A stretch of DNA of 46,669 bases from an uncultured Spirochaetaceae bacterium (lineage in GTDB: Bacteria; Spirochaetota; Spirochaetia; DSM-27196; PWMO01). A model generated the notes under the pieces. That model was not told the origin of the DNA. It made no database searches and saw only the letters and a program-made list of their open reading frames with translations. The stretch lies in contig CAZLDK010000001.1 of the NCBI GenBank assembly GCA_964558285.1, positions 1 to 46,669 of the forward strand. The letters run 5' to 3'. The position numbers and the translations under genes are program-made. Every line of letters starts with the position of its first letter. Position 1 is the first letter of the stretch. Below are positions 33,822 through 42,673 of the stretch, piece by piece.

Positions 33822-36185
33822 TTGGATAATGCCGATGCTAAGAAAGAAGGAGCACGAATCGTGTTAAGACGCGCCTCTTTGCTGCTGGTTGTCCTTCTTG
33901 CGGCGGCACACGGTTTTGCCGAAGTAGAGTTTTCCGCCCTCGATCTCTCGTCGGAGAACCAGCTGCTATTCACGGCAACCCTCGAGGTGCCCGGCGAGCC
34001 GGGTTACAGCGCCCTCTTCCGTGCCGACGTGGAAGAACGGAGTCTCGAGCAGCTAACCCACTATCCCGAATCTCTTACCTACCTGAACCAGACGGGCCAG
34101 TTACAGCTCCAGAACCATTTCGGCGTCTTTCGTTCCGACGAGACTCTCCGCCGTTTCGATCCGATTTCTCAGTTCCCCGGGTTCGTTACCGGCCGTCAGG
34201 TAGAAGCGGGAAAAATCACGCCGATACGTTCCTCTCCCGACGGTCGCTACATCGTCTATATCCGGAGTACCTCTCCGGGCTACGGACGCCTGATACTCGG
34301 GGACCTTCGGGAAGACACCGAATTCACGGTGAGCACCTCGGTGGAGTTCTCCTTGAGCGATCCACCCGTCCGGTGGTCGCCGGATTCGCAGTTCTTTGTC
34401 TATTCCAAGGGCGGTAGCATCTACTACTTTTCGATTCAGCAGCTCGAAGACGGTCGGCTCCTCGACGAGGGGTTTCGACGTTTGGCCGAAGGGCGCATCG
34501 ATAGCGCTCGGTGGAGTCGGGCAGGAGAGCTCTTCTACATCTCCGGCTTTTTGGTCTACCGGGTGCTCGGCGTCGAGTTTTTCGCCCGGTCCCTCTATCA
34601 AGAGCTCTTGAGTTTTGGATCTATAGCCGGAAAGCTGCCCTTTGCCTTCGACCCCAACTTTGACCGCTTCTGGATATCTCCCGACGGGAACCAGATTCTC
34701 CTGAGTAAGGGCGGCCGTAACCTCTTTCTCTACCTCTTACAGAACGAAGACTACATCTCGACTGGGGGCTCGATCGAGTTGCCCTACCTGCTATTGCCGC
34801 GGAACACCCGGGTCCGGCAGGTCGAGTGGAATAACGCCGGGGATGTTACACTCCTGACAGGCAGTATCCGCCGGGGAGCTCAGGAGACCCGCGTCTATCG
34901 CCTCGACACCTCGGATCCCAACGACCTAGCCTTCCGCCAAGAAGAGGACGCTGAGATCCGCGAGATCGCTCTGTCTCCCGACGGAAGAGCCTTGGCCCTC
35001 GTCGGGGCCGACGAAGTCACGGTTCGCGACTACCGGTCCTGGAGGACAATACGTCGGTTTCCCCTCCGGGAGGCTCGGACCGCAGCCTGGATCGGAAGCG
35101 ATCAGTTGGTCATCGCCGGCGGCTATCGGGGACAGCGCGTCTCTCTGACGGGAAACCGCCAACCGGAGACTCTGTTTCTCAGCCAGGCCGAGAGCTTCGG
35201 GTTTCTTCCCGAGCCTGTCGGCGGCACCTCGACGGAGAACCAGGCGGTTCAGATTGTGGCTTCGGAGAACCAAGAGTACTTTGGCTACCGGGACGGCGTC
35301 TGGCAGGAGCGAAGCTCTTTCGTGCTCCCGGAGCCCCGGGTTTCCTCTAATCGCTACCGGGTCTACTTGGAAACCCTCAATTCCGGAATCTACCGTAATA
35401 TCGTGATGGTTCGGAACATCCAGGGGGTCGACACGACACGCCTCTTTCTCCCGCCGGCGCGGCAGTACGAGGCCTTTCCCGAGGACGACGAGCCGATAGA
35501 CCTGGTAAACTTTAACCACGGAAGTCGTATTCGACGGCGGGAGGTGGCCTTCGCCTTTAACGCCGTCTCCTCGGTAGAGGGCTTGACGGAAATACTGAAC
35601 GTCCTGGCCGAGTACGGCGTAGAGACGACTTTTTTCGTCAACGGTGACTTTATCCGGCAGCATCCGGATGCGGTTCGCGAGATCGCAGAGTCGGGGCACG
35701 AGGTCGGTTCGCTCTTTTACACCCACTTCAATATGACCGACTCCCGGTATCAGATTACCAAGGAGTTTATACAGCAGGGCTTAGCGCGTAACGAGGACGA
35801 GTACTTCGAGGCGACGGGACAGGAACTGTCGCTGATCTGGCACGCACCTTACTATTTCGTGAGCCCGCTGATTCTCGAGGCATCGATGGAGCTCGACTAC
35901 GTCTACATCGGTCGTGACATCGACAGTTTGGATTGGGTTCCCCGCTTGGACGAGAGGGGGATATCTCGGCTCTACGAGCCGGCGTCTCAGATCGTCGAAC
36001 GGGTTCTCGAAGAGAAGCAGCCGGGCTCTATCGTATCGATGACTATCGGCCGTCCCTTGGCGGACAGGCCCTACGGCGGCCGAGACGACTACCTCTTTCA
36101 GCGCCTCGATGTGTTGATAAACCGATTGATCGAACGGGGCTACTCGGTGGTTCCGGTGTCGACGTTGCTCGAAAGAGTTCAGTAA
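33822..36185 (+). CDS. Exported beta-propeller (TolB/PD40-like) protein with a C-terminal NodB-homology (polysaccharide deacetylase-like) domain
   Basis: 787 aa. Signal peptide LLLVVLLAAAHGFA. Repeated SPDG motifs (SSPDGRYIVY, WSPDSQFFVY, ISPDGNQILL, LSPDGRALAL). The C-terminal NodB-like region has FFVNGDF, GHEVG and DSLDW. Confidence 0.7.
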   Translation: MDNADAKKEGARIVLRRASLLLVVLLAAAHGFAEVEFSALDLSSENQLLFTATLEVPGEPGYSALFRADVEERSLEQLTHYPESLTYLNQTGQLQLQNHFGVFRSDETLRRFDPISQFPGFVTGRQVEAGKITPIRSSPDGRYIVYIRSTSPGYGRLILGDLREDTEFTVSTSVEFSLSDPPVRWSPDSQFFVYSKGGSIYYFSIQQLEDGRLLDEGFRRLAEGRIDSARWSRAGELFYISGFLVYRVLGVEFFARSLYQELLSFGSIAGKLPFAFDPNFDRFWISPDGNQILLSKGGRNLFLYLLQNEDYISTGGSIELPYLLLPRNTRVRQVEWNNAGDVTLLTGSIRRGAQETRVYRLDTSDPNDLAFRQEEDAEIREIALSPDGRALALVGADEVTVRDYRSWRTIRRFPLREARTAAWIGSDQLVIAGGYRGQRVSLTGNRQPETLFLSQAESFGFLPEPVGGTSTENQAVQIVASENQEYFGYRDGVWQERSSFVLPEPRVSSNRYRVYLETLNSGIYRNIVMVRNIQGVDTTRLFLPPARQYEAFPEDDEPIDLVNFNHGSRIRRREVAFAFNAVSSVEGLTEILNVLAEYGVETTFFVNGDFIRQHPDAVREIAESGHEVGSLFYTHFNMTDSRYQITKEFIQQGLARNEDEYFEATGQELSLIWHAPYYFVSPLILEASMELDYVYIGRDIDSLDWVPRLDERGISRLYEPASQIVERVLEEKQPGSIVSMTIGRPLADRPYGGRDDYLFQRLDVLINRLIERGYSVVPVSTLLERVQ

Positions 36186-36206
36186 AAACAGGGAGGGAAC
36201 GAAACC

Positions 36207-36629
36207 ATGAACGGAAACTACGTAAATGCCTACAAACAGACGACGGTAAAGACCGCCAATCAAGGTCAAATAATCGTGATGCTCTACGACGAAGCCATCA
36301 AGCAGCTCGACTTTGCGAAGGGGCGCCTGGAAGCGGGAACAAGAGAGCTGGACAAGGTCAACGCCGCAATCGGAAAGGCGCAAGACATACTCACCGAGCT
36401 TACCGTCTCTCTGGATTTCGAGCAGGGTGGAGAGATGGCGCAGAACCTCTTTAGCCTCTACATGTTCTTCAACAACCAGCTGACTCAGGCCAACATCGAA
36501 AAGGATACCGAGCGCCTCGGGCAGGTGCGGGCGTTTCTCGGCGATCTTCGGGAAGCCTGGGCACAGATTTCGTCGAAAGTGGGAAACACCAGCGGGACCG
36601 CCGCCCGGGGCGTCAACATCTCCTTCTGA
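36207..36629 (+). CDS. fliS: Flagellar export chaperone FliS
   Basis: 140 aa. Typical FliS N-terminus AYKQTTVKTANQGQIIVMLYDEAIKQL and LYMFFNNQL. Good SD (GGGAGGGA). Confidence 0.9.
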   Translation: MNGNYVNAYKQTTVKTANQGQIIVMLYDEAIKQLDFAKGRLEAGTRELDKVNAAIGKAQDILTELTVSLDFEQGGEMAQNLFSLYMFFNNQLTQANIEKDTERLGQVRAFLGDLREAWAQISSKVGNTSGTAARGVNISF

Positions 36630-36649
36630 GGCTCTATGGAGGCACAGAG

Positions 36650-37108
36650 ATGAACGAGCTAAGCTACGCCGAACGGGTCACGACGCTTAAGAAACTTCGC
36701 GGTGCTCTCGAGGAGCAGCGCGATTCCTTCTACTCTTACCTCGTCGTCCTCGAAGAGCAAGAGAAGGCGATTATGGAGTCCGACGCCGAGCAACTCGAGC
36801 GCTCGGTGGAGCTCGAGAGGAGCGTTCTCCGAGATATCCTCCGTGTTCAAAGGGTCATCGACCCGCTTGCCTCTCTCTACGAGAAGGTTGGCGCCATCGA
36901 AGCCAAAGAAATTGGGGGTCTTCAGGGCTCCCTGGCGCGACTGAAAGGTCAGGTTCTCCAACGTAACTTCGAGAACCGCCGCCTCTTGACCCAGCATGTC
37001 CGGGAGCTCCGGGCCGAGGTCCACCGTCTCAGAATGCCCGACGTCCGGGCCGTTTTTGCCGCCGAGAGCAGGGATTCCACGCTACCGCTTATTGATCTAA
37101 CCGCCTGA
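36650..37108 (+). CDS. Coiled-coil hypothetical protein, FlgN-like (possible flagellar chaperone)
   Basis: 152 aa. Heptad-rich sequence of FlgN-like length, positioned after fliS. The function is inferred only from context and composition. Confidence 0.4.
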   Translation: MNELSYAERVTTLKKLRGALEEQRDSFYSYLVVLEEQEKAIMESDAEQLERSVELERSVLRDILRVQRVIDPLASLYEKVGAIEAKEIGGLQGSLARLKGQVLQRNFENRRLLTQHVRELRAEVHRLRMPDVRAVFAAESRDSTLPLIDLTA

Positions 37109-37128
37109 CATCACCATGCTGTAGGTCC

Positions 37129-39906
37129 ATGGACCTCTACCTTCTCGACGGCTACAGTCTCGTCTATCGTTCCTACTTCGCCTTTATCCGGAATCCCTTG
37201 AGAAACCCTGCGGGGGAGAACTCCTCGGCGGTCTTCGGATTCCTTCGAAGCCTCTTTAGTCTCTTCCGGGACTATCGGCCCGAGCACTTCGCCGTGGTCC
37301 TCGACTCAATCGGCCCGACCTTCCGTCACGAGGAGTACCCGGAGTACAAGGCCACCCGGGAAGAGACCCCCCGGGACCTAACCGCCCAGATACCCAAGAT
37401 CGAGGCGATACTCGGGGCCCTCAAAATACCTATGATCCGTGCCGAAGGGTTCGAGGCCGACGACGTGATGGCGACCTTGGCGCGGCGCTGCGCCGTCGAG
37501 GGGGGCACGGCCTATCTGATAACCGGGGACAAGGACCTTCTCCAGCTCGTGGGAACCGGAGTACGGATAATGCGTCCCGACTCGGGCAGCTTCGAGATCC
37601 TCGGCCCCGGAGAAGTCGAGGAAAAATGGGGGGTCCGGCCGGATCAGATTCGGGACTACCTTGCCCTTACCGGGGATTCCTCGGACAACATCCCCGGGGT
37701 CAAAGGGGTCGGTCCAAAGACCGCCGTGGGCCTTCTTTCCCAATTCGACAGCCTCGACGGCATCTACGGGAGCCTCGATGAGATCTCCTCCAAGAGCCGG
37801 CGGGAGAAGCTAGCTCAGGATAAGGAGAACGCCTACCTGAGCCGCGACCTCGTTACCCTTCGTTTCGACGCACCGGTGGATCTCGAGGGGGATGGGCTTG
37901 CCCTGGGTGCTCTTCCGACGGAGGCCGCGGTGCCCCTTCTCGAGAACGAGGGGATGAAGTCGCTTATCGGAGAGCTCACGGCGCTTCCCCAGGCGGACCC
38001 TGCAGGAGGGGCCGCCGCCGCGGACTCGTCCCCCGACTCGGACTCGGACCCGCCGCCGGCGCCACCACGGGAAGCGTCCCCGGACTCGGCCCCAGGTTCG
38101 GCCCCAGGGCGCTACAAACTGCTCGATACACCGGATGCTCTCGCCGCCGCTATTACCGAGGCCCGGAAGTCGAGACTCGTTGCCTTCGACGTAGAGACCG
38201 ACTCCCTAGACGCGATAACCGCCACCCTCGTCGGCTTTTCCTTTTCCTTTGCCGAGGGAGCCGGCTACTACGCCCCCCTATTCGGACCCGAGGGGGCCGT
38301 CCTCCCCGAAGAGGCGGTCCGGGACGCCCTTACCGAGCTACTAGGCGACCCGGAGGTCTCGATCGTCGGGCAGAACCTGAAGTACGACTACAAGGTTGTC
38401 CACAGGATGGGCATCCCCTTTACGAATATCCGGTTCGACACCATGCTCGAAGCCTGGCTCTTGGACGCCGGAGGGGGCGGCTACGGCCTCGACGCCCTTG
38501 CCGAGCGTCTACTCGGCTATACGACCATCCACTTTGACGATCTCTTCGACAAGAAGGCCGGGGCCGAACCGCCCTCCTTTGCCGACGTGCCCCTCGACAA
38601 GGCGGCGGTCTACGCCGCGGAAGACGCGGATATAGCCCTCCGGCTCCACAACCTCCTGATGCCCCGGCTTATCGAGGAGGGCTTGGATTCTCTTCTTTCC
38701 GATCTCGAGGTGCCGCTAATTCCTGTGCTCGCGCAGATGGAGCTCGTCGGAATCTCCCTCGACGAAGGGAGCCTCTACGAGTACGGGACCCACCTCGCCG
38801 AAGAGCTCGGGGAGCTGGAGCGACAGGTCTACGACCTCGTGGGCCACGAATTCAACCTCGCTTCCACCCAACAGCTCCAGGAAGTGCTCTTTACCGAGCG
38901 AAAGCTCAAGCCTGTGCGGAAGACCAAAACCGGTTTTTCCACCGACGTCGCGGTCCTCCAGGAGCTCGCCCGGGAGGATCCGGTCCCGGAGCTGATCCTC
39001 CGACACCGAACCCTCGCCAAGCTCAAATCCACCTACGTCGACGCTCTTCCCAAGCTTGTCCACCCGGATACCGGGCGGCTCCATACCACCTTTAACCAGA
39101 CCGGTACCGCCACCGGGCGACTATCGAGCCGAGACCCTAACCTCCAGAACATCCCCATCCGGGACGAGGCCGGACGGAAGATCCGTCAGGCCTTTATTCC
39201 CCGGGAGGGATGGCGTTTCGTCAGCGCCGACTACTCCCAGATCGAGTTGGTGGTCCTCGCGGCGCTCTCGGGTGACGAAGCCCTCTCCGGCGCCTTCGCC
39301 GCCGGGGAGGACGTTCATCGAGCCACCGGCGCTCTCATCTTCGGAGTTGACCCCGGGGAGATCAGCTCCGAACAGCGGAGGATGGCAAAGACCATCAACT
39401 TCGGGGTGATGTACGGCATGTCGGCTTTCCGCCTCTCCCGGGACCTCGGGCTTCCCAGGGCTGAGGCCGACGCCTTTATAGAGCGCTACTTCGAGACCTA
39501 TTCCGGCGTCCGCCGCTTTCTCGATCAGACCGTCGAAGCCGCCGAGAAGGATGGATACGTCACCACCCTCTTGGGGCGCCGCCGGGCCCTACCGGACATC
39601 GGTAGCCGGAACCGGCCGGTGCGGATGCAAGCCCAGCGAATCGCCGTCAATACCCCGATTCAAGGCACCGCCGCCGACATCGTAAAGCGGGCGATGCTCA
39701 AGGTCTCCAGCCGTTTGGCGGACGAGGGGCTCTCGGCGCAGCTCCTTCTCCAGGTCCACGACGAGCTCATCGTCGAAGCGCCACCGGAGGAGCTCTCCGC
39801 CGTCGAGACGCTCCTCCGGGAGGAGATGGTGAGCGCCGTGGAGCTTTCGGTACCCTTGAAGGTAAACGTAGAGACCGGGGAGAACTGGGGAAGTCTCCAC
39901 GAATGA
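37129..39906 (+). CDS. polA: DNA polymerase I
   Basis: 925 aa. 5'-nuclease domain (LLDGYSLVYRSYFA, GDSSDNIPGVKGVGPKTA). 3'-5' exonuclease motifs FDVETDSLD, NLKYDY and YAAEDAD. Polymerase motifs DYSQIELVVLA, RRMAKTINFGVMYG and QVHDELIVE. Confidence 0.97.
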   Translation: MDLYLLDGYSLVYRSYFAFIRNPLRNPAGENSSAVFGFLRSLFSLFRDYRPEHFAVVLDSIGPTFRHEEYPEYKATREETPRDLTAQIPKIEAILGALKIPMIRAEGFEADDVMATLARRCAVEGGTAYLITGDKDLLQLVGTGVRIMRPDSGSFEILGPGEVEEKWGVRPDQIRDYLALTGDSSDNIPGVKGVGPKTAVGLLSQFDSLDGIYGSLDEISSKSRREKLAQDKENAYLSRDLVTLRFDAPVDLEGDGLALGALPTEAAVPLLENEGMKSLIGELTALPQADPAGGAAAADSSPDSDSDPPPAPPREASPDSAPGSAPGRYKLLDTPDALAAAITEARKSRLVAFDVETDSLDAITATLVGFSFSFAEGAGYYAPLFGPEGAVLPEEAVRDALTELLGDPEVSIVGQNLKYDYKVVHRMGIPFTNIRFDTMLEAWLLDAGGGGYGLDALAERLLGYTTIHFDDLFDKKAGAEPPSFADVPLDKAAVYAAEDADIALRLHNLLMPRLIEEGLDSLLSDLEVPLIPVLAQMELVGISLDEGSLYEYGTHLAEELGELERQVYDLVGHEFNLASTQQLQEVLFTERKLKPVRKTKTGFSTDVAVLQELAREDPVPELILRHRTLAKLKSTYVDALPKLVHPDTGRLHTTFNQTGTATGRLSSRDPNLQNIPIRDEAGRKIRQAFIPREGWRFVSADYSQIELVVLAALSGDEALSGAFAAGEDVHRATGALIFGVDPGEISSEQRRMAKTINFGVMYGMSAFRLSRDLGLPRAEADAFIERYFETYSGVRRFLDQTVEAAEKDGYVTTLLGRRRALPDIGSRNRPVRMQAQRIAVNTPIQGTAADIVKRAMLKVSSRLADEGLSAQLLLQVHDELIVEAPPEELSAVETLLREEMVSAVELSVPLKVNVETGENWGSLHE

Positions 39907-40508
39907 TCGTCGGGGTCGGGGGCAAGTGCTGCGCCGGGAAAGACACCCTTGCCAACATGCTGAAAGATGCCGGCTACGAGGAGATCTCGGTCGACGCCTT
40001 GGGTCACCGGGCCCTGGAAAGCCGGCGAGACGAGGTGGTGCGCAGGTTCGGCCCAGGCGTTCTTACTCCCGAGTCCCGGGTCGACCGGAAGGCCCTCGGC
40101 AGGATTGTCTTTTCCGACGAGAAAGCGCGTAAGGCCTTGGAGGCCATCGTCCACCCCGAGATGAAACGTCTTCTTGCCGAGGAAATCGCGACCCGGACCG
40201 CCGCCTCGGCCCGGACAACCGCAGCCGAGGCAAAGATCATCATCAACGCCGCCCTCATCTTTTACATGGGGCTCCACACCCTCTGCGATGTCGTAGTCTG
40301 GGTCGAGGCGTCGTGGTACCGGCGCTTTCTCCGGGCCCGGAAGCGGGATGGGCTTTCGACCGTGGATATACTCCGGCGATTTTGGACGCAACGGCACCTG
40401 GGCCCTCATTCTTACTCCGAAAGTGTCGATATTCATATTGTAAAGAACGAAGGGGCACGGGAACGTCTCGAGGGGCGGCTCCAATCAATCGGCCTTCTCG
40501 ATAGATAG
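39903..40508 (+). CDS. coaE: Dephospho-CoA kinase
   Basis: 201 aa. ATGA overlap with the polA stop. Collinear with CoaE (VDALGHRAL...FGPGVL...VDRKALGRIVFSD...LEAIVHPEM). The P-loop GVGGKCCAGKDT is atypical. Confidence 0.82.
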   Translation: MIVGVGGKCCAGKDTLANMLKDAGYEEISVDALGHRALESRRDEVVRRFGPGVLTPESRVDRKALGRIVFSDEKARKALEAIVHPEMKRLLAEEIATRTAASARTTAAEAKIIINAALIFYMGLHTLCDVVVWVEASWYRRFLRARKRDGLSTVDILRRFWTQRHLGPHSYSESVDIHIVKNEGARERLEGRLQSIGLLDR

Positions 40509-40518
40509 GTGGGAGACG

Positions 40519-41217
40519 GTGGAACGGTACCGAAGTCTGATAGTAATCGCCAGCATTGCTTTTTTCGTAGCCCTCGTCCTGGGCGTCGGTCTCTTCTTAT
40601 TGTATCCCCGGACCGATGAAGCTGGGATGCTCGCAGCGGCCCGAGGAGAAGAGGAAGAGTTCGACCCGATCGAATACCTTCGGGCACCCGATGCAGAGAC
40701 CCCCGAGTTCAGCCCTCCGGATCCCGACGAGGAAGAGCCCCTCATCATCATCTATGGTGACGAAGAAGAGACGGTCTCCGAGGATCTGCCGGTGCCGGCC
40801 CCGGGGGACGCAGTCGATTCGGCCCCGGATCGGGACGTACCGTCTGAGACGCCAAGAGTAACCGAAACACCCGAAGCACGTCCGGCCCCCGTGGAGGCTC
40901 CTGCCCGGCCCCAGGCCGTTCGGGCCGCGCCGACGGTAACCGAGCCTCGCCGCGTCAGGGTTACCGAGTACTGGATTCAGGTGATCTCGTCCCCGAGTCG
41001 TGATACCGTGGAGCAGGCGAAGCTTCGCCTCGAGGAGGAGCGTCTCAGCGGCCGGATAACGTCCAAGAGTGTCGAAGGGCGAGATTTCTACCGCCTGCGC
41101 GTCGGCCCCTACAGCGATAAATCCGAAGCGTCGAAGTTTCTCGATTGGATTCGAGACATAAACGATTTCTCTGGAAGCTACATTTCGGAAGAGTACCCTC
41201 TCCGGGTCGTCGACTAG
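40519..41217 (+). CDS. SPOR-domain (septal peptidoglycan-binding) membrane protein
   Basis: 232 aa. N-terminal TM helix, a Pro/Glu-rich linker and a C-terminal SPOR domain (YWIQVISSPSRDTVEQAKLRL...FYRLRVGPYSDKSEASKFLDWI). Confidence 0.8.
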   Translation: MERYRSLIVIASIAFFVALVLGVGLFLLYPRTDEAGMLAAARGEEEEFDPIEYLRAPDAETPEFSPPDPDEEEPLIIIYGDEEETVSEDLPVPAPGDAVDSAPDRDVPSETPRVTETPEARPAPVEAPARPQAVRAAPTVTEPRRVRVTEYWIQVISSPSRDTVEQAKLRLEEERLSGRITSKSVEGRDFYRLRVGPYSDKSEASKFLDWIRDINDFSGSYISEEYPLRVVD

Positions 41218-41226
41218 CTGCATTCC

Positions 41227-41826
41227 ATGTCAGAGCAAGATCAACATCTCCACTGGAAAGAGCACGGCGTAAAGCAGATCTACGACGCTCACATATTCAA
41301 GGTGATGGAAGCCGATCGGGAGGCCTCCGACGGCCGGCGGCATAGCTTCGTCTACCTCGACAGCCCGAATTGGGCCAACCTCATCGCCCCGATTACCCGA
41401 GACGACGGTGTCGAGTGTCTGGTGATGGTCCGGCAGTACCGTCAGGGTGGGGGCTTCGTTTCCCTCGAGTTTCCCGGTGGCGTGGTGGACCCCGGGGAGG
41501 ACCCTAAGGTCGCGGCGTTGCGGGAGCTCGAGGAGGAGACCGGCTACACCGCTACCGACGCCCTCCTTTTGGGGGCCGTGAACCCGAACCCCGCGTTTAT
41601 GAACAACGAGGCCTTTACCTTTCTCGCCGAAGGCATCGAGGCGCGGTCGGCTCAGTCCCTCGATCAGAACGAGATCGTCGACGCCGAGCTGATCCCCGTG
41701 TCGGAGATTCTTTCCGGGGAACGGAAAGAGTTCCTCAACCACGCCATTATGGTGAGCGCCCTCTACTGGTATCGGGAATACCTAGAAGGGCGGCGGCCCG
41801 GCGGAAAGAACCCTCCTAAGCAGTAG
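41227..41826 (+). CDS. NUDIX hydrolase (ADP-ribose pyrophosphatase-like)
   Basis: 199 aa. Nudix box GGVVDPGEDPKVAALRELEEETGY. Confidence 0.88.
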   Translation: MSEQDQHLHWKEHGVKQIYDAHIFKVMEADREASDGRRHSFVYLDSPNWANLIAPITRDDGVECLVMVRQYRQGGGFVSLEFPGGVVDPGEDPKVAALRELEEETGYTATDALLLGAVNPNPAFMNNEAFTFLAEGIEARSAQSLDQNEIVDAELIPVSEILSGERKEFLNHAIMVSALYWYREYLEGRRPGGKNPPKQ

Positions 41827-41909
41827 TAACTCCCCCAAAACAGCTTGGCCTCCCGGAACGCCTGGATTACCTTAGGGGTAGCTTACAGAAATAGTGAGGT
41901 TTACGGCCC

Positions 41910-42419
41910 ATGTCCAGAGCACGTTCCAAGAAAAGCAGCCTCAAAGGATCTCCCACCAATCGAGAGAAGCAGCGAGAGGAGAAGGCGGAGCGAGCGAAAC
42001 GCCGGAAGCGGCATCGCATTCTCCGGGGGAGCTTGATCGCAGCCGCCGTATTGGCAATCGGGGGTGGCGGTCTCTTCGCCTTGAATATGCGGGAGGAAAA
42101 AGTACGGGACCTATCAGTCGTCGGTACCGGAACGCCGGCGGTGGTGCAGGTCCATGACATTACCTGTCCTGTCTGTACCGAGCTCAGGGGAAACGTGGAG
42201 AGCATAAGCGGGAACTATTCGGATAGGGAGCTTTTCATTCGGGTAGCGGATGTGGCGACCGACGAAGGCCTCGCCTTTGCCGCCGAGCACACTTCGGCTC
42301 GACGCGCCACACTTCTGTTTATCGATGGGGAGGGTAACCTCGTTGAGGAGCACAGCGGCGCCCTCTCTAGGGCCGACCTCCGAATGCTGTTCGACCGGCA
42401 CGTCGAGTCCGGCCGATAG
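41910..42419 (+). CDS. Membrane-anchored thioredoxin-fold protein with a CPVC motif
   Basis: 169 aa. Lys/Arg-rich N-terminus, one TM helix (LIAAAVLAIGGGGLFAL) and a thioredoxin-like domain with VHDITCPVCTEL. Confidence 0.65.
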   Translation: MSRARSKKSSLKGSPTNREKQREEKAERAKRRKRHRILRGSLIAAAVLAIGGGGLFALNMREEKVRDLSVVGTGTPAVVQVHDITCPVCTELRGNVESISGNYSDRELFIRVADVATDEGLAFAAEHTSARRATLLFIDGEGNLVEEHSGALSRADLRMLFDRHVESGR

Positions 42420-42427
42420 ACCGCCCC

Positions 42428-42527
42428 CCGACCGGACTCTGCTACGCAGAGACCGGCTTGCAACTACGGCCTTCTCAACGAAGGCATAGAGGCGCCGACC
42501 GGACTTTGCTACGCAAAGACCGGCTTG
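42428..42527. repeat. Two copies of a 33-nt hairpin-forming direct repeat (67-nt period) related to the 3' end of tRNA-Cys
   Basis: Copy 1 at 42428-42460 and copy 2 at 42495-42527 (ccgaccggactYtgctacgcaRagaccggcttg). They differ at only two positions, and those two positions pair with each other in the stem. Copy 2 is preceded by ggcg, giving GGCGCCGACCGGA, identical to tRNA positions 42558-42570. Confidence 0.85.
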
Positions 42528-42556
42528 ATCGGATGGTCCAGCCTAGCTGGACACAA

Positions 42557-42628
42557 AGGCGCCGACCGGATTCGAACCGGTGCATAAAGGTTTTGCAGAC
42601 CTCCCCCTTACCACTTGGGTACGGCGCC
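42557..42628 (-). tRNA. tRNA-Cys (anticodon GCA)
   Basis: Folded by hand on the minus strand: 7-bp acceptor stem GGCGCCG/CGGCGCC, anticodon loop CUGCAAA, T-arm ACCGG-TTCGAAT-CCGGT, discriminator U (a tRNA-Cys identity element). CCA is not encoded. Confidence 0.9.
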
Positions 42629-42644
42629 GTATTTATTTTTTACG

Positions 42645-42673
42645 AAAATACTCATTCGCCGGGCGAATGTCCA
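42645..42673 (-). promoter_or_regulatory. Candidate sigma70-type promoter for tRNA-Cys
   Basis: On the minus strand: TGGACA (42673-42668), a 17-nt spacer, then TATTTT (42650-42645), about 16 nt upstream of the mature 5' end. The surrounding sequence is AT-rich. Confidence 0.3.

Noticed and set aside
36100-36206. Possible sigma28 (TAAA-N15-GCCGATAA) flagellar promoter upstream of fliS
   Set aside because: There is only a partial -10-like ACCGATTG, with no correctly spaced TAAA -35 element, and the site lies within the coding sequence of the upstream gene.
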